A stretch of 64,000 nucleotides of DNA from Clostridia bacterium (GTDB lineage Bacteria > Bacillota > Clostridia > UBA1212 > DUPL01), in NCBI GenBank assembly GCA_050951325.1, contig JBMNIW010000001.1, positions 160,001-224,000 of the forward strand, in the 5' to 3' direction. The translations under genes and the position numbers were made by a program. The stretch's first letter is position 1. Every line of letters begins with the position of its first letter. The notes under the pieces were generated by a model. The model was not told the DNA's origin and made no database searches. It saw only the letters and a list, made by a program, of their open reading frames with translations. Of this stretch, positions 38,871 through 49,450 are shown one piece after another.

Positions 38871-40091
38871 CTACATATTTGCTATAAGGCCAAGTCTAAG
38901 GGTTTCGGATAGTAAATTATAGGAGTAATCCTGAGGCATTTTGAATATGTCGCCTAAAGAGAAAATGATTCTCTCTGCCATTTTGTAAAGGGTGCTGTCT
39001 TCTTTGAACAGCGCCTTTTGTAATTGCAGGATGCATACAAGTGCAATAGGAATTGCTTCTGCCATGCCCAGGTATGGAGAAAGAAAAACAAGAAGATTAA
39101 TAACAATCAGATAACCGGCAACCGTCAATTCACCAGTATTATCAAACATGTACTCAACAAGCCAGTAGCCTGCAAGAACAAGCACGGACAAAAAAACAAA
39201 AACGGCATTTCCCACACTGTCGGGCGCATCATCAACTTTCCTGCTAAGATCCCCTATGTACTGCTCTATTTTTCCTATCTTTCCATGAGCCACAAAATCT
39301 CCATCCAACACAATATTGTCCAATCTGTGCACGGTTACAAAGTTTTTGCCTTCCCAATTTGCTTTTACATATACTACCTCTCCCACAGGATTCAGTAAAG
39401 CCCCTATAAAACTCCATGTATAGTTGAACATGCGCTCCTGCATCCTTTCAATACCCCTTCTGTGCTCTTCCCTATTCAAATATTCATTACTGAAACCGGG
39501 TCCGTCAAAATTGGCACATATCTCAATAAAGTCATCGAGCCCGTACTTGTAAGATATTATGGCAAAATGAGAAGCCAGGTTTCCACCCAGCGAGTGCCCG
39601 GCAACTGCCATAGAGGTATATCTGTGTATGTATTTGGAATACGCTATCTGCCTTGCAAAATTCTCACACTCCTTTTGTTGGATGGTAATCTCACTGTTAA
39701 GAAGCATAAGATCTGCAAAAACCCAGTCTGCTATCCTGTGCCTGATTTCCGACATTGGCTCGCTTCCTCTAAGAGCGCAAACTATTCTTTGTTCATCAAG
39801 TTCAATGAGACAACCGTAAAACCCGGAAGAATGAGTAAAATCATTGTCGTTGTAATAGTCTACAAGCTTGTAGCTTCTAATGGCTCTCAAATCATCTTTG
39901 CTTACGTATTCCAGCAAGGACAAATCGGCAATATTGGACTTGCCAAGCAAATCCAATATCTCTCCTATTGATACGGGACCGCCTTCTGACAAAAAGTCAA
40001 AACCTTTATACAAATCCAGAAACGCAATAAATGAAGCGTACGCAAGCTCCCTATCGGTAAACGGCATAAAATCACCCAAACCTGAACTCAA
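38871..40091 (-). CDS. DUF2974/Mbeg1-like alpha/beta-hydrolase (lipase) with C-terminal TM helices
   Basis: ALRGSE, GHSLGGNLA and FDGPGF motifs. Confidence 0.8.
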   Translation of the reverse strand: MSSGLGDFMPFTDRELAYASFIAFLDLYKGFDFLSEGGPVSIGEILDLLGKSNIADLSLLEYVSKDDLRAIRSYKLVDYYNDNDFTHSSGFYGCLIELDEQRIVCALRGSEPMSEIRHRIADWVFADLMLLNSEITIQQKECENFARQIAYSKYIHRYTSMAVAGHSLGGNLASHFAIISYKYGLDDFIEICANFDGPGFSNEYLNREEHRRGIERMQERMFNYTWSFIGALLNPVGEVVYVKANWEGKNFVTVHRLDNIVLDGDFVAHGKIGKIEQYIGDLSRKVDDAPDSVGNAVFVFLSVLVLAGYWLVEYMFDNTGELTVAGYLIVINLLVFLSPYLGMAEAIPIALVCILQLQKALFKEDSTLYKMAERIIFSLGDIFKMPQDYSYNLLSETLRLGLIANM

Positions 40092-40623
40092 ACACAGGAT
40101 AAAACCTTCTCATAAAAGATTTATCCAAAAATCTTCTATTCTCATACGACAATGTGGTATAGTCATAGTAATTCAAAACAAAAACATCCAAGGTCAAGCT
40201 CCTGCCCAGTTGTGAAACAGACATTTCTATCCGCTTCTCAACTTCCTCTTTCGTCTGAAGATTATCCAATACAACAAGAATTCCATAGTATACGTCTTCC
40301 TTAAACAAGGTAATCTCTAGTCTTCCGACAATTCCATATTCATACAGATTAAAAAGAAGTGCCTTTTCCACTTCCCTTGCAGCATATGCTCGGATATAAC
40401 TGTCCTGGATGTTCTTCCTGTCTGCAATCACTTTAAAACATATTTTTGAATCGTCCCTTGCACAGCAAACGGCAACCACCCTGCCGCTTGCCATGTCGTA
40501 ATTGCCGATTGCCAGTACATCAAATTCCACATCATATTTCTCCCTCAACCTGTCAAGGATGAAGGAAGAAATATAATCAGTTATTTTCCCATCATGAATG
40601 CTGTTTAACACTTGCCCAATCAT
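40072..40623 (-). CDS. Hypothetical protein, overlapping the lipase ORF start
   Basis: 183-aa ORF containing LREKYDVEFDV. Confidence 0.6.
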   Translation of the reverse strand: MIGQVLNSIHDGKITDYISSFILDRLREKYDVEFDVLAIGNYDMASGRVVAVCCARDDSKICFKVIADRKNIQDSYIRAYAAREVEKALLFNLYEYGIVGRLEITLFKEDVYYGILVVLDNLQTKEEVEKRIEMSVSQLGRSLTLDVFVLNYYDYTTLSYENRRFLDKSFMRRFYPVFEFRFG

Positions 40624-40716
40624 ATACCATACCCAGGCACTTCTTTAATATAGGTTTATTCAAAAGATAAATAAAAATGACTGATAAAAAGAAAAAAAGC
40701 AAGGAATTTTCCCTGC

Positions 40717-41928
40717 TCATTCTCCATTTATCATGTTTTCATACAACTTATTGTATTTGTCCACAAGCTCTTCCAAGTCCAGTTGTCTGAAATCGTTTAT
40801 AAAATCTGATACCAGTTCAGTCATTAATGGATATTCATCCGGCAGCTTTTGGCCAATCTCCTCATATGTAAAATCGTACAACTCAACTATCTCAAGCTTG
40901 TTTATTGCAATTTTGGCCTCGTATGTTTCTCTCTTCAAATCATGAAATACATCGCTTAATAAAAGGCATATATAATTCTTGCACAAACTCGAAATCTTCT
41001 CATTGATACCACTCTCTACCATTCGAAGACATTCCAGAGAAAGGTCGCATGCAAATAGAACCACTTCCGCTCGGGCATTGTTGGAACCAACAATTCTATA
41101 TATCTTCACTAAAACATCTATCAGCAAAGACACATCCTCGTCCTGCATTACATTGTCCAGAACAAAGTGCAAAAGCTTGTCAAGGCAGTCCCCAGCCAGA
41201 GAAACATCGGATACTTCTTCATGCATGTATTTGATAAAATACCCCACACTATTTTCAAGCACATTTTTATTAATATAGTATTGGGCTATTATGAGATAAA
41301 CGTATGAGTATATAAGCTCATCATATCCATAATTATGCTTTATGTTATGTGCAGCAATACAATATGCTCTTTCGTATTTCCCCAGATGAACACATGCTTC
41401 AGCATACAGGTTAAGATACTCTACGTCCCTGTTCAAGGTTTTGTAGAGGGTTCTAAGGTATAAATAGGAAGTACTGTAGTTCCTCAGACAGTTATACGCA
41501 TACCCCAAAGAAAAAACAACATCGTTATCATCTGGATAATTCTCATAAAGCACAACCAATACATTAATGCTCTCTTGGGCCTGTCCAGTAAAACAATACA
41601 TTCGGGACAATACAAGCATTATCTCTCTTTGATCCGGGTAGTGTTTCAAACCCTCATTCAGAATATCAATTGCGATATGTGCATTCTTTTCTATATACTT
41701 TTTCAAGGAGCTCTGGATAATTTCACCAACTTCCAAAGGCACATCCAAAGAGTAATTATACAGCTTTCTGATAGTTTCTTTTGTCAATATATCAAACGCA
41801 AGTGAGATATCATTGTTTTTATTTGGTGACAGCATACAACGGGCCAAGGCAAGCTCTATTTCCTCTTTTGTTGCATCTCTTGATACATTAAGCAGTTCGT
41901 AGTAGTTTACCATAGGACTCCTTTTCAA
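40717..41928 (-). CDS. J-domain-like plus TPR protein
   Basis: NYYELLNVSRDATKEEI followed by TPR-like helices; HPD motif absent. Confidence 0.72.
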   Translation of the reverse strand: MKRSPMVNYYELLNVSRDATKEEIELALARCMLSPNKNNDISLAFDILTKETIRKLYNYSLDVPLEVGEIIQSSLKKYIEKNAHIAIDILNEGLKHYPDQREIMLVLSRMYCFTGQAQESINVLVVLYENYPDDNDVVFSLGYAYNCLRNYSTSYLYLRTLYKTLNRDVEYLNLYAEACVHLGKYERAYCIAAHNIKHNYGYDELIYSYVYLIIAQYYINKNVLENSVGYFIKYMHEEVSDVSLAGDCLDKLLHFVLDNVMQDEDVSLLIDVLVKIYRIVGSNNARAEVVLFACDLSLECLRMVESGINEKISSLCKNYICLLLSDVFHDLKRETYEAKIAINKLEIVELYDFTYEEIGQKLPDEYPLMTELVSDFINDFRQLDLEELVDKYNKLYENMINGE

Positions 41929-41939
41929 TTTGTTTTAGT

Positions 41940-42968
41940 CTAGTTTCTCAATTCATCCTGTACATATTTAAGTCTTAATAATTTCTCCTTTACTTCTTCA
42001 ACGTCAAGCTGAACCGTATTGTTTGAATTAAACTCCGTAGCGATGCTTCTGTCGCTATCTCCTTTTGTAAAGTACTTGTCATAGTTGAGGTCCCTCTTGT
42101 CCACAGGCACCCGGTAGTAGTTGCCAAGGTCAATGCTGTTTGCACATTCCTCGCTGGTAAGAAGCGTCTCATACATCTTCTCGCCATGTCTGATACCGAT
42201 AATCCTTATTTCAGCATCAGAATTAAATATCTCCTTCACCGCCTGGGCAAGTACTCCAATCTTACATGCAGGAGCCTTTTGAACAAGAATATCACCGGAT
42301 TTTGCGTGCTGGAACGCATAAAGCACAAGTTCCACCGCCTCATCAAGACTCATTATAAATCTTGTCATGTTGGGTTCCGTCACAGTCAATGGACTGTTTG
42401 ATTTAATTTGGTCTATGAACAGAGGAATTACACTTCCTCTTGAACACATAACATTTCCGTATCTTGTGCAGCATATTGTGGTTTTTTCAGGACTCACGGT
42501 GCGGGACTTTGCCACCACCACTTTTTCCATCATGGCCTTGCTCATGCCCATGGCATTGATAGGATACGCAGCCTTGTCAGTAGACAGGCATATTACTTTA
42601 GAAACTCCTGCATCTATGGCAGCTGTCAGTACATTATCAGTGCCAAACACATTGGTTTTTACCGCTTCCAGCGGGAAAAACTCACAAGAAGGCACCTGCT
42701 TCAAGGCAGCGGCATGAAAAACGTAATCAACTCCATAAATAGCATACCTGATGGAAGACAGGTCCCTTACGTCCCCTATATAGAATTTGAGTTTGTGGGC
42801 AATTTCGGGATACAAGGCTGAATATTTATGCCTCATATCGTTTTGTTTTTTCTCATCCCTTGAAAATACCCTTATTTCCTTGATATCGCTATTAAGAAAC
42901 CTGTCCAGTACTGCATTTCCAAAAGAACCGGTTCCTCCAGTTATAAGCAGGGTTTTACCCTTGAACAT
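41940..42968 (-). CDS. fnlA: UDP-GlcNAc 4,6-dehydratase/epimerase (FnlA/CapE/WbjB type)
   Basis: ITGGTGSFG, HAAALKQVPSCEF, STDKAAYPINAMG, GIRHGEK and DKRDLNYDKYF motifs. Confidence 0.88.
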   Translation of the reverse strand: MFKGKTLLITGGTGSFGNAVLDRFLNSDIKEIRVFSRDEKKQNDMRHKYSALYPEIAHKLKFYIGDVRDLSSIRYAIYGVDYVFHAAALKQVPSCEFFPLEAVKTNVFGTDNVLTAAIDAGVSKVICLSTDKAAYPINAMGMSKAMMEKVVVAKSRTVSPEKTTICCTRYGNVMCSRGSVIPLFIDQIKSNSPLTVTEPNMTRFIMSLDEAVELVLYAFQHAKSGDILVQKAPACKIGVLAQAVKEIFNSDAEIRIIGIRHGEKMYETLLTSEECANSIDLGNYYRVPVDKRDLNYDKYFTKGDSDRSIATEFNSNNTVQLDVEEVKEKLLRLKYVQDELRN

Positions 42969-42977
42969 AAAACCACC

Positions 42978-44000
42978 TCATAATTCATCGTCATCAAAAT
43001 CATACTGCGGAGGAGCTTCACCCACCAACTTTATAACCTTGGGCTCATCCACCACTTTGTTCTCTTCCCTCAAAACCTTGCACTGGAAAACCCAGCTGGC
43101 GCCAAAGTCAAACAAATACTTGAACTTGTCGCCTTTTTCAAATTCAAAATGGTTGAGTATGTAGTCAGATGTGTGCCTTCTCTCATCTTCCAAAGAGTCT
43201 GCATAGAATGCCCCTTGTGAATCCCACTCCCTGTTTGTCATGAAAAAGGCATGGGCATGGTCATCATCAAATTCAAAAGCATCCAGAATGGCACTATGAA
43301 GTTCTTCCAATGTGCTGTTTCCGTTTATCTGAATATGTCTGTAGCATCCTGTACCCAACGATACACTAACAACATAGGAATTGTTCCTCAAAAGAGTCAT
43401 ACCGGGTTCAAACTCATCATCCAGATCAAAATCGAAATCGTCATCTTCATCAACGTATTCATCAAACTCGTCATAATCTTCAAAATCACTAATTCCGGCG
43501 ACATAATCTGCAAATTCATTCAGCATATCTTCATCAACTTCGCCTGTGTAATAATAGTTGATTAATTTCTCAAACAACTGGATATGTTTTTCATTAATGC
43601 CTGTTTCAGCTTCATTAATACCGTGTTCTTTAAAGTATTTTACAAAAAACTCAATCAATCTGAAACTGTTGCCTGCAGGACCGGAATCCATCTTTCCATG
43701 CATGAAGATTTCTTCCTTGCTGGCCTTGTGCAAATCCACATCTGCAAGGTATTCAATAACCTCTTCTGTAAATTTTTCATCTATAAGGAACATGTAGTTG
43801 ACAATCATGTCTTCAACTATCACCACACCCAAATCTCTTTCATACATGTCATAAACTGCCAGAATATCATTTTCAGTAACCTTGTAATTATTCTGTTTGT
43901 TTATTACTTCAACCAGTTCACTGATTTTAGTAGTAACATTAATTACACTAACACCTAGTATATAATCTATAATTTCCAGTGCTACCTCTCTTGTCATCAT
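42978..44000 (-). CDS. pRiA4b ORF-3/TnpR-like domain protein
   Basis: TLEELHSAILDAFEFDDDHAHAF and YLFDFGASW motifs. Confidence 0.8.
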   Translation of the reverse strand: MMTREVALEIIDYILGVSVINVTTKISELVEVINKQNNYKVTENDILAVYDMYERDLGVVIVEDMIVNYMFLIDEKFTEEVIEYLADVDLHKASKEEIFMHGKMDSGPAGNSFRLIEFFVKYFKEHGINEAETGINEKHIQLFEKLINYYYTGEVDEDMLNEFADYVAGISDFEDYDEFDEYVDEDDDFDFDLDDEFEPGMTLLRNNSYVVSVSLGTGCYRHIQINGNSTLEELHSAILDAFEFDDDHAHAFFMTNREWDSQGAFYADSLEDERRHTSDYILNHFEFEKGDKFKYLFDFGASWVFQCKVLREENKVVDEPKVIKLVGEAPPQYDFDDDEL

Positions 44001-44093
44001 AAAGTCCCCTTATTCTTTTCCCTTCACTATATATTTTTAAAAAACTAAAGTCAAGACCAAAAAAACACAAAAATGCTTGCCTTGAATGCAAAG

Positions 44094-44774
44094 TTAAAGC
44101 TTGTCTATTTTCTCTTTTATCTGCTCCATCCTCTTATCCAACATTGCACTAACTCTGGAACACTCCAAAAGCTCCTCTGCAATTGTCTTTACTTCCTTCT
44201 TGTTTATATTATTCTTGTACCTTAGCTTGTGCTCAATACTTGCCCAAAAGTCCATGGCAATGGTTCTCAACTGAACTTCCACCTTCACCATTTTCTTTCC
44301 ACTGTGCAGATATATTGGTACTTCCACTATCAAATGCAAACTCCTGTAGCCGCTTGGCTTTGGATTTTTTATGTAGTCTCTTTTCTCAACCAGAACCACG
44401 TCATCCTGCATGAGCAACAAATCCGCCAGCATGTAGATATCCCTTGGGAAGGAGCAGATAACTCTGACTCCTGCCACATCATATATATTCTTCTCGATGG
44501 ATTCAATGGTCAGAGGAAAACCTCTTCTGCTGAGTTTTTCGGCTATGCTTTCCGGTGCCTTAAGGCGGCTTTTTATGGATTCAATAGGATTTGAATTGTA
44601 TTTCAATGAGAAATGTTCGTCAAGAACCCTGAATTTGGTTTCAACCTCCATCATGGCACACCTGTAGTATGCCATCAGCTCGTAAAAGGGCTTTATGTTT
44701 TCACTCACCAACTCAATTAACTCCTGGCTCGTTACTTCCTTAAGCAAATACTGTTTGAGATCCTGTTTTTGCAT
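44094..44774 (-). CDS. Small alarmone synthetase (RelP/RelQ-type GTP pyrophosphokinase)
   Basis: KSRLK, DVAGVRVIC, GYRSLHL and EVQLRTIAMDFWASIEH motifs. Confidence 0.92.
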   Translation of the reverse strand: MQKQDLKQYLLKEVTSQELIELVSENIKPFYELMAYYRCAMMEVETKFRVLDEHFSLKYNSNPIESIKSRLKAPESIAEKLSRRGFPLTIESIEKNIYDVAGVRVICSFPRDIYMLADLLLMQDDVVLVEKRDYIKNPKPSGYRSLHLIVEVPIYLHSGKKMVKVEVQLRTIAMDFWASIEHKLRYKNNINKKEVKTIAEELLECSRVSAMLDKRMEQIKEKIDKL

Positions 44775-44852
44775 TTTTCCAATCCTTCAAGTTTACTTGT
44801 TTCGCTAATAATAATATATACCAAAAACGAGGATTTGTCCATAAAAAATGAA

Positions 44853-45674
44853 TCAGCCGACCAAAAGGAAATATCCGACAACCAAAACACCCAAAGCTAT
44901 GCGGTAATATCCAAAAGCCTTGAAATCGTTCCTTTTAACGTATCCAAGCAAAAACTTTATCGCTATTATTGAAACAGCAAATGCAACAACCATGCCCGTT
45001 AGAAGAATTACTGCTTCCAGTTTGGTAAAACTGAAACCGAACTTTACAAGTTTAAGAAAACTTGCTCCAAACATAATAGGTATGGACAGGAAAAAGGAAA
45101 ACTCCGCAGCAATCTGTCTTGATGCTCCCAGTAGTATGGCGCCAAGAATGGTTACACCGGACCTCGAAGTGCCTGGAATTAGGGAGAGAATCTGAAAAAC
45201 ACCAATCAAAAAGACAGTCAGGTAATCAAGTTCGGAAATGGAATTAATTCTTGTTTTTCTGTTTTTGTTTCTGTTTTCAATAACTATGAAAAGAATGCCG
45301 TACAGTATTAGGGTTATGGCAACTGTAATATAGTTGTATAGGCGCTCATTAAGCCAGTCGTCAAACAAAAAACCCACAACTCCAGCTGGAATTACACCAA
45401 TTACAACCTTGTACCAGATGGACATGGTTGCTTTCTTTTCCTCAACGCTTTTACTCGGAGCCAAAGGATTAAGCTTGTTAAAGTACAAAAAAACCACAGC
45501 AAGAATTGCACCCAGCTGTACAACAACAAAGAACATCTCTTTAAACTCTTCCGATGTCTTAAGCTTTATAAACTCCTCCAGCAGGATCATATGTCCTGTA
45601 CTACTTATTGGGAGCCACTCTGTAATTCCCTCAACCAAACCCAGGATTATTGCCTTTAGTATTTCAATAAACAT
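44853..45674 (-). CDS. uppP: Undecaprenyl-diphosphatase
   Basis: [14 protein letters not shown] and PGTSRSG motifs. Confidence 0.95.
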   Translation of the reverse strand: MFIEILKAIILGLVEGITEWLPISSTGHMILLEEFIKLKTSEEFKEMFFVVVQLGAILAVVFLYFNKLNPLAPSKSVEEKKATMSIWYKVVIGVIPAGVVGFLFDDWLNERLYNYITVAITLILYGILFIVIENRNKNRKTRINSISELDYLTVFLIGVFQILSLIPGTSRSGVTILGAILLGASRQIAAEFSFFLSIPIMFGASFLKLVKFGFSFTKLEAVILLTGMVVAFAVSIIAIKFLLGYVKRNDFKAFGYYRIALGVLVVGYFLLVG

Positions 45675-45790
45675 AAATCAGAACCCCCGTCCATATGTAT
45701 GTTTAATCTAAGAATTACATTTTATCACACAATGTCTAGCTTTACCATAAAATATATCGAAGCATCAAAAACAAAGAATCGAGGTTTGGT

Positions 45791-46258
45791 ATGGAAAACT
45801 ACGAAGATATCATGAGAAAAGGTAACATTAGCAGAAACATGGACAATTACCCTCAGGCATTAAAGGAAATCAACCCTGAAAACATGGGCAAGACAATGGC
45901 TTACAAGCTGATTTATCCCGAAATCTACTACAAACTCCAACCTTACATAATGGTTGTATGCGACCAAATGGACGTATACAACACAGTGCCCACACAGGAA
46001 ATGGTTGAAAGCATGACGGATGCAATCTATGATGATGTGGTTCGCATGTTCCCTGATATTGCCGAATATGTCAGGGAACACGAGAACAACGAGGTACGTG
46101 AAACAATACAACCAGACGCTATTACTGCACAAGTGGATCCTTTCAGAGGTAGAGACAGGGATAGAACAAGATTCCCAAGATTCAGACGAAGAGGACTTTT
46201 CAGAGACCTGATTGACATTCTATTTCTTACAGAACTGCTCCGTAGAAGAAGAAGGTAA
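45791..46258 (+). CDS. Hypothetical protein with Arg-rich C-terminus, possibly spore-associated
   Basis: YPEIYYKLQPY...FRDLIDILFLTELLRRRRR; has its own terminator. Confidence 0.6.
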   Translation: MENYEDIMRKGNISRNMDNYPQALKEINPENMGKTMAYKLIYPEIYYKLQPYIMVVCDQMDVYNTVPTQEMVESMTDAIYDDVVRMFPDIAEYVREHENNEVRETIQPDAITAQVDPFRGRDRDRTRFPRFRRRGLFRDLIDILFLTELLRRRRR

Positions 46259-46266
46259 CACTAGTC

Positions 46267-46294
46267 AAAGAGACCGACTTTCACCGGTCTCTTT
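46267..46294 (+). terminator. Intrinsic terminator
   Basis: AAAGAGACCG-loop-CGGTCTCTTT. Confidence 0.75.
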
Positions 46295-46391
46295 AATATT
46301 GTTTTTCCACATGTATGATTCACAATATATTCACTGTCATTTGACACTTTTTTGAGTATAATATAAATATTAAGAAAAGCAAAAAAGAGGT

Positions 46392-47315
46392 ATGAAAATG
46401 TATGATGTGATAATTATCGGTGGAGGTCCTGCAGGCTATACGGCAGCATTATACAGTGCAAGAGCCAGACTGAAAACTCTGTTGGTTGAGAAAATGTTCT
46501 CAGGTGGCCAAATGGCAACCACAGATTTTATGGAAAACTACCCTGGTTTTGATGAACCTGTGGGTGGTGTTGAACTTGCCCTCAAAATGGAAAACCAGGC
46601 AAGGAAATTTGGTGCGGAAATCCTTTACGATGAAGTAATTAATGTAGATATGGATGGAAACGTAAAGAGTATAAAAACAACGTCAAATACATACGAATGC
46701 AAGGCATTAATCCTTTGTATGGGTGCTAGTCCAAAGACTCTTGGTCTTGACAAGGAAGATAAATTTCGAGGTCTTGGAGTCTCATACTGTTCAGTCTGCG
46801 ATGCAGCCTTTTATAAAGATAAAAAAGTTGCAGTTGTAGGCGGAGGCAACTCAGCAGCAGATGATGCTCTGTATCTAACCAAATACGCAGAGAAAGTATT
46901 CCTGATTCACAGACGGAACAATTTGAGATGTGTAAAGCTGGCACAGGAAGAACTATTCAAGAATGATAAAATTGAATTTGTTTTGAACTCCCAGGTTGTT
47001 GAGATTTTAGGAGAAAGAAAACTGGAAGGAATAAGGGTGAAGAATAATTCAACAAACGAAGCATCCACCCTTGACATAGATGGACTGTTTATTGCAATAG
47101 GTCTAGTTCCAAACAATGAACTTGTCAAGGGCAAACTGGAACTAAGCAAGGATGGATATATCATCACTGACAGTAACATGAAGACCAGTATGGAAGGAGT
47201 GTTTGCAGCAGGAGACATATGCGAAAAGCCCCTCCGCCAGGTAATAACAGCGGCATCAGATGGCGCAGTCGCCGCATACTCTGCAGAGAAGTACGTTAAC
47301 CAATACACTCTTTAA
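46392..47315 (+). CDS. trxB: Thioredoxin-disulfide reductase
   Basis: GGGPAG, redox motif CSVCD, VVGGGNSA and GVFAAGD. Confidence 0.93.
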   Translation: MKMYDVIIIGGGPAGYTAALYSARARLKTLLVEKMFSGGQMATTDFMENYPGFDEPVGGVELALKMENQARKFGAEILYDEVINVDMDGNVKSIKTTSNTYECKALILCMGASPKTLGLDKEDKFRGLGVSYCSVCDAAFYKDKKVAVVGGGNSAADDALYLTKYAEKVFLIHRRNNLRCVKLAQEELFKNDKIEFVLNSQVVEILGERKLEGIRVKNNSTNEASTLDIDGLFIAIGLVPNNELVKGKLELSKDGYIITDSNMKTSMEGVFAAGDICEKPLRQVITAASDGAVAAYSAEKYVNQYTL

Positions 47316-48255
47316 TAACTCTTGCCGCATTCCTATACGCAATCTTTTCAAGGGCGTCGTCACTCACGCCCATCTTTTTTAATCTATCAAACAGAATCTG
47401 CACTTTTGCAGGCTCATTCAATTCAATATTGCCACCAGTGCCGTCAAAATCCGTGCCGATACCAACACACTCAATACCGCCTTTGTTTATCATATGCACA
47501 ACATGCCTTACCACATCATCTATAAAACTTTCCCTGCACCTAATATCACTGCTCAAAAAATCAGGAACAATATTCACTCCAATAACTCCTCCTTTTGAAG
47601 CAAGTAACCTTATCATGTCGTCTGTAAGATTCCTTGGGTGAGGACTTAACTCTCTACAGTTTGAGTGGGATGCAACAAAGGGCTTTTTTGAAACTTCACA
47701 AACATCATAAAACCCACCATCGGATAAATGCGACACATCAACCAAGATGCCAATTTCATTCATAAAAGAAACAGCTTCTTTTCCAAAACTGGTCAAGCCT
47801 TTTTCCATAATGTTTTTATCAAAGGAATTTGGATAACCAAAACAGTTGGGACTGTTCCAAGTAAGGGTGATGAGCCTTACTCCCAAATCGTAATATTCCT
47901 TTATTTTATCAAAACTTCCATTGACGCTTCTTCCGTCTTCGATTGTAAGATAGGCAGATATTTTCTGTTTTCTATCATTCTCAACCAACGCCTCATATTT
48001 ATCAGCAAATGCAATTTTGTCCTCATACCTCTTTATATTGCACTTCAGCAGCTCCACAAGCATTAAAATATACTCATCATCATTAAAATCCTCATTTCTC
48101 TCATCAGGCATGTATATGGCAAAAAACTGCGCAATACAATCCGCCTTGTGAAGCCTTTCAATGTCCGCCATTGCAATAGGCCAATTACCTATATCTTCTA
48201 CCTTATGACTGTATGCCTTTGATAAAGTATCGCAGTGCAGGTCAATATATTTCAT
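47296..48255 (-). CDS. Membrane dipeptidase family (M19)
   Basis: DLHCDT, TLTWN, DVSHL, SHSN and GTDFDG motifs. Confidence 0.92.
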   Translation of the reverse strand: MKYIDLHCDTLSKAYSHKVEDIGNWPIAMADIERLHKADCIAQFFAIYMPDERNEDFNDDEYILMLVELLKCNIKRYEDKIAFADKYEALVENDRKQKISAYLTIEDGRSVNGSFDKIKEYYDLGVRLITLTWNSPNCFGYPNSFDKNIMEKGLTSFGKEAVSFMNEIGILVDVSHLSDGGFYDVCEVSKKPFVASHSNCRELSPHPRNLTDDMIRLLASKGGVIGVNIVPDFLSSDIRCRESFIDDVVRHVVHMINKGGIECVGIGTDFDGTGGNIELNEPAKVQILFDRLKKMGVSDDALEKIAYRNAARVIKECIG

Positions 48256-49017
48256 TCACTTCACCTCTATAAGTTTTTCCAGAAAAAATCCATACTCTTC
48301 TTTTACAGGCAGCTCATAGTCCACAAAAAGCCTTCTCCTTTTGGTTCTTGCATAACTATTTGTCACAGGATTAAATCCGTCCACATATATATCTTTATAA
48401 TATACTCCAACCCCTCTTTTCTGCCAAAGAGGAAGGTTGTTAAAATTAATCCCTCTCTTGAACAACAATTCGTTCTTGCAAGATGTGGACTTTCCACAAA
48501 GAGCAAAAGTTGCTTCCTGCCTGCTCATACCCTCGTTTCTCAAAATCCAGTAGCAATGCGCATTCAATGAGTTCCTATGGGCATCTTCCTGCCTCCAGAG
48601 AAAATAGTCTATTACCCTGTCCAGATTTGGAAGAGGCACCACCCTGCAGTCAAATACAGCCAGATTGTTTAAGGCAAGAGACATCCAGGCACTGGCTTCC
48701 CCTGCCAGAATGGAATTTATCTTTCTTGTATTTCTTCCGAAAGTATTGTCATCCCGGTGGAATAGCAGGGATATCTCATCACTTTGTGTATAACCATACA
48801 CAATGTTAAATCCGCAATTCATCAAATGCCTGACTGTCTCTACCATGTACTCACGAAAATGAACATCAAAAGGTGCTTCAAACTTCATGTCTTCCTTGGT
48901 CAATCTGGTAAAACCTCTCCCGTCAAGCCTTGCAACAATATGCACATCAGGCACAATTGTCTGATCCAACGACTCCTCATACTTTCTCATCATATTATCA
49001 AAATCATCAAACCTCAT
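48256..49017 (-). CDS. Thg1-like protein (tRNA-His guanylyltransferase family, 3'-5' polymerase)
   Basis: RLDGRGFT, YTQSDEISL, FDCR, WRQEDAHRN and GINFNNLPLWQKRG motifs. Confidence 0.93.
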   Translation of the reverse strand: MRFDDFDNMMRKYEESLDQTIVPDVHIVARLDGRGFTRLTKEDMKFEAPFDVHFREYMVETVRHLMNCGFNIVYGYTQSDEISLLFHRDDNTFGRNTRKINSILAGEASAWMSLALNNLAVFDCRVVPLPNLDRVIDYFLWRQEDAHRNSLNAHCYWILRNEGMSRQEATFALCGKSTSCKNELLFKRGINFNNLPLWQKRGVGVYYKDIYVDGFNPVTNSYARTKRRRLFVDYELPVKEEYGFFLEKLIEVK

Positions 49018-49450
49018 CTGTCCAGTCCTCCACTTTGAACCCAGTGTCTGTTATGTGTACATAGTAAAGCTCGTCAAAGCCTTCTTCAAAGCTTGGAATT
49101 TCAAGCTTCTTGTGAGTTGCAAACAGCGCTTTATCAGGTATGTTCTTTTCATTTCTTTTAGCGTTTCTCTTAAGGCATCCATTTATGTCGGACTTGAAAT
49201 AGTAGCCTATAACCTTGTAACCCTTCTCCTTTGCAAGACTAATATATCTTTGTCTGTTTTCTCTTGTTGGGTTTGTATTGTCCACAACGAAACTTAAGTT
49301 ATTCTCAAAGCAGTCTTCAAGAAGCAGCTTTTCTTTGTTCCTGGTTCTTAATGTGTCCAGGTTTACATGCACATACTCATCTGCAAAGTTTTCCTTAAAA
49401 AAGGTGGTTTTGCCACTGGCCTGCAGCCCTGTGAATATAATTGCTGTCAT
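49007..49450 (-). CDS. P-loop polynucleotide-kinase-like protein (AAA_33)
   Basis: GLQASGKTT, VVDNTN and PSFEEGFD motifs; overlaps the Thg1-like gene start. Confidence 0.85.
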   Translation of the reverse strand: MTAIIFTGLQASGKTTFFKENFADEYVHVNLDTLRTRNKEKLLLEDCFENNLSFVVDNTNPTRENRQRYISLAKEKGYKVIGYYFKSDINGCLKRNAKRNEKNIPDKALFATHKKLEIPSFEEGFDELYYVHITDTGFKVEDWTDEV

